DNA from: Catajapyx aquilonaris
Lineage: Eukaryota
Assembly (NCBI GenBank): GCA_000934665.2
Contig: JYFJ02003123.1
Span: 1 to 46,263, forward strand
Length of the DNA stretch: 46,263 nucleotides
Reading direction: 5' to 3'
A model generated the notes under the pieces. That model ran no database searches and was not told where the DNA came from. It saw only the letters and a program-made list of their open reading frames with translations. A program made the position numbers and the translations under genes. Of this stretch, positions 25,524-38,181 are shown piece after piece; positions within the stretch are counted from its first letter, which is position 1, and every line of letters begins with the position of its first letter.

Positions 25524-25790
25524 CTGCTCTGCAGAGCAGGGTCACCTGCATGAGTGCCACCCCCTCCTAGACAGGGTATTGTCTCTCCGCCATATTGGAT
25601 CTCAATCACATAGGAGCTATATGCAGTGGAAAAAAACAATTGAAAAAAACAAAAACGAATCGCTTTCCAATTCCCTATCCTGCAGCATGCAATCTAGATC
25701 CAATATGGCCGCCCCATAAGGACTACGTGAAGACAATACCCTGGTTAGGGTGGGGGAGGCAACCATGTAGGGGACCCTGCTGCAGAGCAG
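25524..25790. mobile_element. Fold-back MITE
   Basis: IR arms: ctgctctgcag/ctgcagagcag, cagggtc/gaccctg, cagggtattgtct/agacaataccctg, gccatattggatct/agatccaatatggc. Confidence 0.7.
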
Positions 25791-28700
25791 ATGTTTACAC
25801 CTCTCGTGGAGAATATAGACCTGAGAGTTGTAATGTGAACTTCATTCGATATAGCCGTGTAGGATTATGGTCGTTGTGGAGTGTTCGGCTACACGTGAAC
25901 CAACCCTGCCGGCATCGGCCTCTTCAGTCATTTGCAAGCAAGTAACCCTAACAATGACAATATATGACTCAATTCAAAATTAAATAATGCGAGTCACGTC
26001 ACTGAGGAGACAGGTTTCCGAAGAATTCAACTGTCATCCACACTGCACCTGTATCTCAGCATACACAATAAACATTAAGAACCATGGGAGTATTAATTCT
26101 TAGACTATACAGGACCGAGATTTGAACAACAGGTGACGTTTTCTGTGCTTTGAAGTGGTCAACTTTATACACGAGTCTCAGGACAATTTCAAAAATTGTC
26201 ATATAGGTTCCCTTTGTCATACCTTACTAATAGTTCCCGACAACCGGCAATCACGATAATAAAGAACTCCCTTAAGAGCATGTTACAACTTCCAAAACCG
26301 TATCCCTCGTTAAGGTTTCATAATAATGACGAAACAAGCCTGAAACGGCACTGGCATTGCACAAGTGATTTCGAAACTCTCTATGCCTTGGGGTGGCCTT
26401 GGGAAAATAACAAGTCACATGGGTGTCCACAGTATATCAGATTATTTGAATCGCCTAAATCAAGAATCTTCAGGGAGTGCCATGTCAATGCAGTGTAGAT
26501 AAAAACATGAACGCAAATCAATTGCCACCTGGTGTGTACTGCACGTTCCTATAAGCAAAAAAAATAAAAAAATGCCCAGCTAGACTTACGGAAGGCCATG
26601 GATTACGATACACAATATAAGTTCTATGGGCCATAAATCTGTCTAATCAATATATCAGTATCTTGACAACTTCCCTATCTAGTTCCCCAAATAAAATCAT
26701 AGTTACAAAGAAATCGATAAGTCACCCGAAGGCATAATGACAAGGAAGAAGTGTGGCAGTTACTGTATTGACAAAGGTTGCCATCGTGTTCGTCATTTTC
26801 AAACAATGGACATGTCAACGCACAAACACAACCTTCCTCTTTTTTTCCACGGTAGACACGCCTCATCGGTCTCATTCTAGCACGGACAGGTAAATAAAAT
26901 CCAATATTACTCGAACACGAATAAGGCAGTAATAACTCATATCCCGCCAAATTGAGAGCACGTCCAGTTTTTCTTATCTAAGCACCTTAGTTTATCGTAC
27001 CTGTACAACTTGGCCAATAATTCACCCATTTTGGTCGGAATTTCCCTGTATTTGCACCGTAGTGCATCTGGCGATCCAGTTCCTTGACGTCACAACTGCC
27101 TCAGTACAAACATTTGGAACCTTCGCATGTGGAAGAGCGTGCGTTGGGGAAAAAATACCCAGAGGAAATTCGGGCAAAACCATCTGATTCGCAAATTGAT
27201 CGGGCTCTTTCTGCAGACATGCAGTCCATTAGCGCCAGTTGGTACACACACACGCGCAGCGAGGAAGACCAGAAAGGACCCGCCGACATGTGTGCAAATA
27301 ATCGCGAAGTGCAAGGGTTGTTATATTGCGTCAATCGTCCCAACTCAAACGCATTCTGCACTATATACACTAGTTCAGTTCCAGCGTTTTCTCATGTCTG
27401 GCACGTGTCCCATGCGACGTGTACAAAACTAGATCCGTTTCCTCCCGGCTCCCTGGAGAAATCCCTGATCAATTTCGCCAAACGGTTTCCTTCATCCCAT
27501 GCCATGATTCAGGTCGCGACTCTGCAAACAGGTGAAGTGTATCTGGCTGTGACAAAGCTGGCAACAAAACAAGTGCACCGGAGCAGCTCCAACATCTGTC
27601 CAATGTCACCCGAACTGACTCGGAAGCTGCGACAAAAAAGCGAACCCTCTGATGGATGGTCCACCAAATGAATGCGAGCAGTTGTCACTAAGTTGGTGAT
27701 CGGAAAAGCATTAGTAAGGTCAGAATATCTCCACCCCAGCAGCCAGGTTCCCTTTTATCTCCGTTTGCACTTTGGAGGGCGGGCAGCTGCTGCTACTTGT
27801 TGGCAAAGTTTCTACTCCGAAATGTCCAACTTTCCCTCTCCAAAGTTTTTGTCCAGATTCGGCCTCGGCAACTAGGGTCAAATCCATACAATTTGCTAAT
27901 TCCAGCTGCGAGCGGAAAAGTCGTCGCATTTTGCAAAACAGCGTGCACCACCAACGGCGGGCGCAGGTTTGCTGAAATGCTTCGCCAGCTTGGTTTATGA
28001 GGAGAGCATCTGAGGCGATTTATCTTCCCATTACTTTGGCTGGCAAAGTTTGTCGAGTCAAGTAAAGCCTCCTGCCTATGGCTGGGCTTGCTCCCACACA
28101 TGGACCCCGGTGATTAATGACGCCACTCGCGTCGACATTAAGCTCCTCGTATACCTTTGCCTCCTGCATTAATGGCACCCTAGACTTGCCTGCTGGGAGT
28201 CTAATGCAAACGTGAGCCTCATGAATTTGATGACCCACACTCTAAATCAATCGCCACTTTCGCCTTCCCTGCATGCGCCGAATAGCAAGCGGAACCTCCC
28301 TCGGCTGGCATCAACCCATCCGGGGAGGCCGGAATTCCAGATTTTCCCTACTTACTTAGCCCAAGTGCACCATCCAACGCTTCTAAAGGGTCACTTGCTT
28401 GCCACGCCCCGCCCCTGCTGTCCAGGGACCAACTTTTGTCAAGACATCCATTTCCTTTCATACAACGCCAAACCTGGCGAAATGGTTTTTCGATCCCGGC
28501 CAAAGCCCCTCAAGACCACCTCGGTTTTATCTCCGAAAGACTCCCCTTTGGCAGTCAAGTGATGTGAAAGCAGGGAAAGGGCAAAAAAGAAAAGGAAGGC
28601 CCACCTTGATACAACACACTACATCCAAACTTGCATCCTTTAAGCCTCTTTCCATCTTCTGTAGATTATTCCTGCTGCAGCGTCAAAATCTGGCGGGCAA

Positions 28701-31700
28701 TTACTATCGCAGCAGACATTGCGCGGCCGGCTTTAATTCGCGCATTGCAGGCAAGGAAGGCTTCATCAATTATGCACGCGGCCCTAAATAACCTGTGCAT
28801 GACCTGCCGCTAAGGTCAGCCTCCTCCGGCCATTTTTCCTCCTCTCTCCCTCGCCTTTAAAAAAAACGCCCCTGCGTGACACCCAGGCAAAAATATCCGA
28901 AGCATTTGATGCATCTGATTTGCAGAAAAATGCGATCGAAATGCAAGGCACACATCCGCCAGCGTGATGTTGGGTGATACACACACGCTCGGCATGAAAC
29001 TCCCGGGCCATATGTTATAAAGATGCCAATCAACCTGGCGGACCTTATGCCCAAAAAGGGGGCTTTTGTTCCCCTAATTATGATTGTTTGCTCGGGACTA
29101 GCCCAGGGACTTCCCTCCTTCCCCCCCAAAAGCGTGCCAAGTAAGCCAAAGAGTGGGTCTGGCGGCTGAGATTGTTTCGGATTTTCTTTGGCTGGCAAAA
29201 AGCCAGCCAGCCGGCCCTGGGTCTGGAGAGTGGACATGGTCATCAGGAAGCCAAGTCGTGGCATCCGTCTTCGTTAGCAGGGGCTTGAGAGCCTCTGGAA
29301 GCCACCTCCGGGCCACTCTGCATGGATGGAACTGCTTCCTCCACAAGAGAGGAGATTTCGGATGGCTCTCAAGAAGACGCGGCTCCACATTCTCAATAGT
29401 AACGACTGCCGGATCGATACGCGACTGAATATTCCGAACAAGAGTCACGTACAGACTAGCAGACTATAACCATGTGTTATCTGTTGGTCATTATCAAGCT
29501 TCAAGGCGCCTTCTTGGACACTAATTCCGACTTGAAAATCACACCAAATCAAAGCTGTATTCCAGCAAAGAGCACGCACTCTTACATCGCCTCACCCCCC
29601 TCAAGTCGAAACATTTCCTTTCCCTTTCCTTCCAGCTAGGACTAATCTACTTTTAAGCGGACCTAAATCTCCAAGTCAGGCGTGTAATCCGGCACGAGTG
29701 GCTTTATTACATTACTTATCAAGTTGCCACAAGTTTCTTTGCCAAGTCTGCGGTAAGCAAATGAACGAATTTGAAATGCACGTTGCATTTTAATGGACGC
29801 CGCTCATCCGGATTAAACTTTGCCCAAGATATGCCCATGCATTCGGAATTGTCTGGCTGGAAACGTGCCAATCGCGTCCACCGCATTTTGGAGGCTCCAC
29901 AGAAGGAGGCTGCTGCTTCTTCCTTGGGCCTATTTGATCCCAATTCTCTCCCCGCAAAAATTCACAGCATCCGAATCCAATCGCAGCGGGCGAATCCTCC
30001 GCAAGTGCTAGAGGCAGATAAAGCGAATTTTGTAGTCCTATAGGAAAGAAGCCAAAGAAGAAGCAGTTGTCTCTCAGGCAGGCGTTTCCCAGTGTATATA
30101 TAGTATACACAGCAGGCAGCCTTGGCGTCATTAAACTGGGAGGGAAGGGATGCTCCCCAAGTTTGATAGGTTAGCTTCCGTGACTCGCCATTCCCCTTAC
30201 ACCTAACGAGCTAGCCCATAAAGCTTCCCTTTATGACCGTCTGATGACAGACTCGACCCTCTTCTCCTTTCTCTTTAATAGCTAGCCCGAGTTACAGGAG
30301 ACACCACCACAACTACCCCGACAATCTCCGCCATCTGACATCATCACGCCCGTGTCTATCCGCCCGCACCGACACGCATATCAAGGCCGCTTTATCCTAG
30401 CCCCCGGACCAGCCCGCCCAACCGGTTTGTGCAACGGGCGGCATATCTGCAGGGGCAACCACCTTGGCTTGGTTGGGGTTGGATGTCAAAATGCGAGGAC
30501 CTTCGCATGCTCCCCGGGCATTCGTCTTGGCGTGCCACACCTGTTCCCGCGCTCTTTGGCCACGTCAAGTGGGGACAATCGGTTGGGACCCCGGCTCTGA
30601 CCCCCTTCCCAGCAGGAAATTGCTGCCGACAACCCGCTTTCAACTGGCCACTGATTGATGTTTCGTGGCCACTTCTGCGCTATGCACCAAAGTCGTAGGA
30701 TGCCACTTGTAATAGTTAGTGCAACAGGGAGTAAATAATGCCTACGGGCGTGAATTATTCGGTTGATGGGACCGCGTTTAAATTAATTTCCCTACGAAAC
30801 GAACTCGGGCCGGCAGGCAACACCAGCGGACTCGTCGGGGAAAATGACCGCCTGGAACCTGATAAATCTCCTGGCTGTCATCCCCACTTGTTTCGGCCGC
30901 TCGAGCTGGGAACAAACTATCAGACCAACACCCGGATCCAACGCTGCCCAGGCGATACAGCCCAGGCCGCAAACTGCATTGTTCTCGGCCAACTGGCGAC
31001 CAGCTGACATTAGTACTTTTTGACGCCCGGGATAATCATGGGCTTGAAAAAAAAAAAATTACAAAAAAAAAAAACGCACAAGCTCGCTATCGATGACCGG
31101 ATGGCAGAACACAAGAGGCCAAACACGTGACGAGGACCGCACCGCATGCGAAATATATATATAATTTTGGCGGAGATTCCTGCCGTGTCCAACGCGGCGG
31201 TTGGCCCAAATCAAAACCCGGTAGCAGAATTGCTTCGTTTATCCCCCAGCTGGTTTAGGGGTACGGTTTATGGTGGTCGTGTGTTTAATCGCCGCCATCA
31301 CTTTCAAGAGAGCCATTCATATCACGGTCACTCAACCAAATGCTAACTGTGCGGCCTCGCCTGACACATTTGTTCTGAACACATGACTTTATTCCTGCTG
31401 ACTTATGGACCGTGACGTACATTATTGTCGCCGCTATTGTTGCCAAATTTGTATAATGCGACTGTTGGCCTCCAAATGAATTGCAAATTACGGGTTTCCT
31501 GCCGCGTTAACATGTCATCGGCAGTCAAAGTGGCCGACATTATTTTCTGATTTGCAGCCGCGTACAACGTTCGCAAAAGGAGGAGCCCCGGGGGTTGAAG
31601 GAGCGGACACGCGCCAATCCCACATTGATTTATGACTCACCCTGTTTCCCCCTACCACTCATAACATTCCCTGCTTCACCCCCATTCCCCCTGAATGAAA

Positions 31701-33145
31701 CGAAATGAAAAGCCCCCTCTCTTTTCCGTACACCAGCTGGACCCCAGGCGAAAAGCGGCATCGCCACGTCATTCGCGAAACACACAACCCCGAATAATAA
31801 TAATCACTCCGCGCCAGAGCTGTAGGTAACGCCACACATAATAGACCAATCCGGTCCTGAGTGGTGAAGGCAGCCCAAAAATGGTAGGAATTAAAGGCTC
31901 CGAATGACTAGGGCTCATTCGTCACGCCGCACATAATAGCCTACTCATCCACACCCTGAGATTTGTGCCGGTTTCGGATCAAACGATGCAAGTTCCGAGG
32001 CTAAAAAGGAACCTTTTCGCACGGATAGTGCCGGATAATTAAGGCAGGAGCCGGCTGGCAGAAATCCCTTTGCACGGCCCCCTTATAATTCTAATGAAGG
32101 CGAAGAGCTCGGCACACGCATGATCGCTTCGCAGCAGGATTTGCATTAACCTAAGCAAACAAGAGGCTTTTGCTTCTCTCACTCCATCTCTGCTGCTGCT
32201 GCAGAGGATGAAGGCCCCTTTTTGTTCCTTTGTGCAGCTGCACACATCTTTTGTCCAGATTGTCATCCGTTCGTTACCTTGTAGGTAACGCTGCTAGGCC
32301 ATCATCCCAAAAGCCAGGCCAGCTGCAAGAAGTGTCCTCCGGAGACGGGCTCCGAAGCAGCCAGAGTCTCGGCGTGGTGAAGGATTCCTACAGCAACCAG
32401 CATGACTGTCCGGAAGACTTTCCCTGGACCGCTCCCACAGCACGAGCACTGCAGTCTGATCTACACACCACACAACATAAACGCGTCACTCACCATGTGC
32501 CGACCGAACCTGAGTGTTGACGTCCGCACCACCGCATAAAAACAACCCGGGTAAACAAGTCGCATGCAAACCTCGTGCAGTCCCCCGGTCCCCCTCCCCA
32601 TTATTCTTGGGCCCAGGACGTTGACATCTGCTCCTTTTAATTAGTTCGATAAGTAGGCGCTTACGCTTAACTCGGGCGGCCCCTCACAAAATTAATAAGG
32701 CCCGTAGGGCGCGACGTTAAAGATCCATAACCGAAAGTGCACGACACGCGGCTGCATCAGCACCCAGGTTCAGAAAGCACGTTCCAATGTCGAACCAACC
32801 CCCCTCCCTCCCTCCTCCCGGTTTGTTTGGAAAAAAATATATACAGAACGCACTGGCACCAGAAGAAAACACGGCACAACCGAAGCTCACGCCGGCTCGT
32901 ATTGAACTAGAGCTTATAGCTAGGTAGATAGCTAGAGTTAGGGGTGTGCGGGGGGGAGCAAAATTTGTGGGGTGGTGGAAGCCCCCTCACTGCCCCCCTC
33001 CCACCTACACCTACCATACAACCTGCGCCTCAGTGTGAGCCTGAGCCCCCCCGTCTAGCCGGCCCAGACCCCGCGTAACAAAAGCGAGTCGGGCCAAGCC
33101 CGCAAAAATCAATGGCGGGGAGCGAGCGACCCCCTGGATGACAGC

Positions 33146-33200
33146 GTTACCTAGGCAACCCTCCCTTCAACTCCCCCCTACAGCCAATGGGGGCCGCCCT
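33146..33200. promoter_or_regulatory. RFX X-box plus CCAAT box and GC-rich motif, promoter-like
   Basis: GTTACCTAGGCAAC at 33146-33159, cagCCAATgg at ~33181-33190 and ggccgccc in a CpG-rich segment. Confidence 0.4.
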
Positions 33201-34530
33201 TGTGTGCCACCGTCGACGTCGGCAAGAACGGAGCCCGCCAGTAGTACTAGCACTAGTAGTAGCCGGATTTGCGCTATTCAACACTGTTGCGGAATCACGC
33301 AACACTACCACTCCCGCCCAGAGAGCAAAAATGGAGTGTGTAATTACCTGCGCATCCTCGTGACTGATATGGGAGGTTCTCATTCAGTTCGATACAACAA
33401 AGCTGCGCCTGCAAGTCTGCCCGGTTTCGTCATTCAAACAGGCTTCATTAAGTCAGCGGGCCTAGGAGGCATCGATTATTGCAAAAAAAATCATAATCTT
33501 GCTACGAGTATGTCGCCATGTGAAAAGGTCGAGCGGTAGTGGCCGTTTACCGGCATGCACTGGGTTAAGGAGTTGAAATTGCTGGCCCGGACCTTTCCTT
33601 TTCCTTTGGTTGAGAGCCAAATGACAGGGGGTGCTCCGACCGAGTTAACCTTTAGCCGGGGTGTGTGCCATGGCCAGCTTCTAGCCCGGGAAAATCCGCC
33701 GATCCCCTCCCTCTGAACGCTGCTCTTTATTCACAAGTTAAGATCCGCCATTGTGGATGCTAATGAAAGACACAAATGCAGGAACTCAACAGGAGCTTAT
33801 CTCAGGCTAAGACCCCTTGGCAATAGCCTCTCGGGTAATTTCGGAAAACGGGGCCAGATTGGGTGCGCGGGGCTTTACAAATACGAATTTCCAGGACTTG
33901 CTTCCTAGGCCCCCCGGATTCCTTCGTCTCCATCTTGGAGGAAGCTTTGTTGGGCTCCGGGGAACGCTTTTCAATGTTGATTACTCTGCCAAGTCGCCTG
34001 CTCCACACCCACATCCCTCAACCATCCCCCGCCTTTGTCTCGGGCCCTACTCAACTAATGTGCCAGGCGCTATTCAAACACTAACGCCGCTACCCAACTT
34101 AACCATCTTTCAATTGTTCGACCCTTCTCTATTCGCATTTACCTCACGCTCGATCGGCCCGGTGCGATTAGAAAACTCAAAAATTATCGTCCCAGAAATT
34201 AATCTCCGATCGCGACAGGGAGAACTGCTCCTTAATGACTAATAAATTATATCAAGTTCACATGCTTCCAAACTAATCAGCGCCAAATGACTCTGCAAAC
34301 GTACCAAGTCGTGAAATTAACCCTTCGCTTCATAACTGCATAATCGAGTCCCCCCTCCCCCTCCCCCATCCCGAATAATAAAAAAATGGGGGGAAAGGCT
34401 CAGTGTAGTCAAATAACTCGGAGCTCTTTAGTCTCCCTGGGAAGCCGGAGCTACACGTGAAATTATGCAGTAGCCCAGCGTTACACTTGCAAATCGTATA
34501 AATGAATAATAGGCACTGCAGTTAGAGATG

Positions 34531-34532
<2 letters not shown>

Positions 34533-34592
<60 letters not shown>
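34533..34592. repeat. (TC)30 microsatellite
   Basis: Uninterrupted TC dinucleotide run. Confidence 0.97.
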
Positions 34593-34594
<2 letters not shown>

Positions 34595-35127
34595 GTAGGG
34601 CGGGTTAACCCCCGGATCTGTCCTGATGATCGGTTGGTTCAAAGGACTTATTATAGGCCGCAAAACCAGCGTCATGGGACAGCAGATGGCAGCCTACCTT
34701 TTTTATGCTCACCCCTTTCCCTTAGCCCCAGACCGGTTGGGCAAAATCCGTCTTTGCGCTTCTGTGGGTTGGCAAAGCTTTACATCCGTTACGAATAAGT
34801 GGATTAGTCCTGAATGGTTAACAAGCCTATGCACGCTTCATACACAGGCGTAAATTACCCAGCCGTGCCACTGTCAAAAAAAAACTCCGGGCTCTACAGT
34901 TCACCAGAGTCCCCAATTTCATTACTAAATACATAATTGGTTGGTAACCGGGCAGGTTTACAAATAAATGTCAAGGTGTGTAGGATTACTGTTTGTACGC
35001 GAGTATGCTGTGTACGAAGTCCCAGTGAATATTACGGTGCATAGTTTTTCATCTGGCAAGCACGTACTCTGCCTCTGGGCGCCACTAATATAAGCGAAGG
35101 GGGGGGGGGGGGGTTCACTAATGCAAA

Positions 35128-35367
35128 TACAGTTCCGCGGTTCGAGAATATTAAATTAAAACATTCAATAAAAAATCCAACACATTTTTATTACAGTTCC
35201 GTACTGTATTGTAATATCCTCTTGTTAAATTGTTTTTTCTGGTGTCTAAATGTGTATAATTCGTAAATTAAACTAATCGTATACTGTACGGTTCAGTTTA
35301 TCCGCGGATTTCACTTATCCGCAGAGAGGCTCGGAACCAATTACAGCGGATAACCGGGAGCAGACTG
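35128..35367. mobile_element. Truncated pogo/Tigger-like non-autonomous element
   Basis: Right end cggataaccgggagcagactg|TA with subterminal ttatccgc repeats; no matching left TIR found, so the left coordinate is approximate. Confidence 0.5.
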
Positions 35368-38118
35368 TATTTCCATTGCCCAACCGACAAAGAACCTCTT
35401 TTTTTTTGGCCCTTCCGACTGGCTTTTGCCAAGCTTTGAGTCTGTCACTCGACGCATGCTAATGCGCGCGAGAATAAATGAATGATTGGGAGGGGGGGGG
35501 GGAAGGGGGAGGATATATATTTCACGCTTGACGTTACCCAAAAAAGCTCTCTGTTTCTCTATTCTCTAGTACTGTCCTGTTGCATATAACCAGCTTGAGT
35601 GGACCGGTTCCCTGCCCCCTGTCCCTCCAACACTTGCAAAACGTAAATATGCTCACAATGCCCCAGACATCCATTCACCTTATTAGGTCACGGGTGTTAT
35701 GCGCCTATCTTACACAACAATAGCCGGGGGCTTGCGCAATGGCATCAGTTGAAGCCGACATGTCCCGTACGCCCAGCTTAACCGGGGAGGCAGCCTGGTC
35801 CGCCCCGCCCAAATCTTTAGGGGCCGTAAAATAAAAATGGAAAGTTGAATAAAACATCCCGCCTCCGCTGTCATGCAAAATGACCCTTTTCTAGCTCCCC
35901 CTCCAGCATCCGCACGCCATTTTGCCCGGCCAAGATATACCCGGCGAGGTCACATGTCACTCCACTAGCCAAGTTGTTTCAGCTCTGTAATGTTAAACTT
36001 AGACATGGTTGGGACACGAGATGCGAGTATATGGCCACTCGTAATATGTGTGCAACATCATACCTGATGCTGCCCTCCCCCTCCGACACACACACACATA
36101 CACCCACACACACCCACCCCAGGCCCTCGTAAATCCTGGATGGGAAGGAAAAGCTAGCGGAGCACACATAAAGCAGGATTAGTGCTCGCCGTGACCAAAT
36201 GGAGCATTAATGGCGTTCCCCAGAGCGCTTTATGGCCTCCCAAAACTCTGCTGCACACTGTACTAGAGGCGAGGCTTCCTTTTTGCATAGGAACACGTGC
36301 TCTGGATGGCCAATGTCCGCTTCTGTATTCCCAACCCAGGCTGCCCACTAACGCTGCCCATACGAATAAATATTTATGTGCTCATCACCGGAGTGGAAAT
36401 CGTGGGCACATGGCCGTTCCTTCATTCGTGGTTCGTAAGATGGCAAGAAACAATCTTGTAAGTTCGGTTTCATTACCCGTCCTATTCCACCAATATTCCT
36501 AGCGGTAGCGGGATGGAAATTTAGCTAAAAAGTAATCCTGCAGATGTGCCCAGTAATTTCGCACAGGTCCCTTAACCGGCCAATTGGGAACATAAAGTTC
36601 CGTGCCACTAGGGCATTCTCAATTATTTCGCTTTCTCCCGATAGGTTGTGCTGAGAAAAGGGCAACTGTAAAGGGCGCCATATGTACCACCAAATATTGA
36701 TAAATTTTAATGCTATGGGGAGGACCCATGAAGTAGTGCGTCACACCGAAATTCAACATGAAAGGACCTAACTATAGGAAAGTTTGAAAATGCCCAGCCA
36801 TCCGGATCGTACTCTAGTGTGAACCTGACCATCCACTTTGCCATTTGCACAAGGTCCGTGGTCAGCCTTCCAAAAATAGTAATCGCACCGACTCGCAAGG
36901 TTATTACACTGCACCGCTTCCACCCTTCCCCAGTTTCCCAGGCCAACAACAATTCCTTCGCACGTCCTAGTTCTCACCACCGACATTCAATTCCGCTGCA
37001 TTCCTGCAAAATTTAGGATCAACAGGATGGCGTGAAAGCAGGCGAGTCTCTGCCACCGAAATTCCTGCATCCCCCAAAATGGCTGGGGGGGGGGGGGGGG
37101 GGGGGTGGAGAGAGGAAACATGGCTAAGGGCGAGACAGAAGAGAAACGGGGCAGGCAGGCATGGAGGGAAGCAGACAGACATCTTGCCCCACTCACACTT
37201 TGCTCCTAATTCCACCTGAGACAAGAGGTGGCCCACCAGCAGTTTGTGCCTCCGCCTCTACTTAAGCTCCCCAAAGAGAAAATAACGCCAGCACATCAGG
37301 CCATAAAATACACCCTGCGCTCTACAAAATGAATTGCCGGAGAGGTCAGCTGTAAGAATGACCCCAGCCATAAACTTCAAAAAGGATGGCACGTTCCAAT
37401 TGCAGTGTCGGTGCACGGAATACCCAAGTTGTTACCACAACCGGTTTTGCAATAATTCAGCAACTCTTCCCAAGGCCAAATGGTATAGATTGACCTTTGA
37501 CTTCCACTGCACTGTACAGTACACCCCCCAAAAAACCGGTAGTTGAATATGGATGAAAAATTGAATGGCTGGCTTGCTTCCTGAATGAATATTCAAAAAG
37601 CGAACTTCCGTGCACTTTGTTTCGTAACTCCCTGCATGAAGACAGCGGCAGTTGGCGGCCAAACACGGGCTGAAGCATCTCATTCGAGCCCTGGCTGGCA
37701 AACAAGCAGACGCCGCCTTAGGAATGGCCAATCGGGGAGCTGGCGGATTCAGATACGAGTTCTGCCTAATTATCCCCCTTTCCTTAGCCCCTCGGCTCGT
37801 AATTATACCGAGTGGAATTTCCACTCCAAGAATTACACCTCCCTCTTGGCAATCGAAAGAGGATTCACAATATCTAGCCCCAGCCAACACTGCACATGTA
37901 ACTACCGACATCATCGTGCTCGGTGACAAGCCTTTGTCCGTTATGACATGTCCTAATGTACTTTCTGGGGACACAGATTCGATAGCAATCTTCCTGCCCG
38001 CATCAGCCAAGACCCCCTCCGTTGACAGAAACTAGTGACTGTACATGACGTGCTCAGCGGGGGATTTGTTCATCTTCGGGCTATATACCCACGGATGAAA
38101 TGACACGGATGTTCTTAC

Positions 38119-38181
38119 CTTGTCCTCTGCATCTTCTGCTCGGGCTTCCGCCTCCACCACACGCTGTTCCAACTCTGACAA
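38119..38181 (-). CDS. PLEKHH1/2: PLEKHH-family (max-1/CG43867-like) coding exon, N-terminal coiled coil (LSELEQRVVEAEARAEDAEDK)
   Basis: Polypyrimidine acceptor ttttttcctcttccag|TTG and donor AAG|gtaaga; 63 nt, phase 0/0; resembles the PLEKHH N-terminal 'LEQRVIEAEQRAE.AE..' coiled coil and joins in frame to 9265. Not in the ORF track. Confidence 0.88.

Larger units (their letters stand above)
9266..38118 (-). other. 28.85 kb intron of the PLEKHH-family gene
   Basis: Bounded by GT at 38118-38117 and AG at 9267-9266; flanking exons join in frame into a continuous coiled coil. Confidence 0.8.

Noticed and set aside
27084..27671. 195-aa plus-strand ORF (likewise 37432-38010, 192 aa)
   Set aside because: Non-ATG start, no recognisable domain, no supporting splice structure; plausible by chance in GC-balanced DNA.
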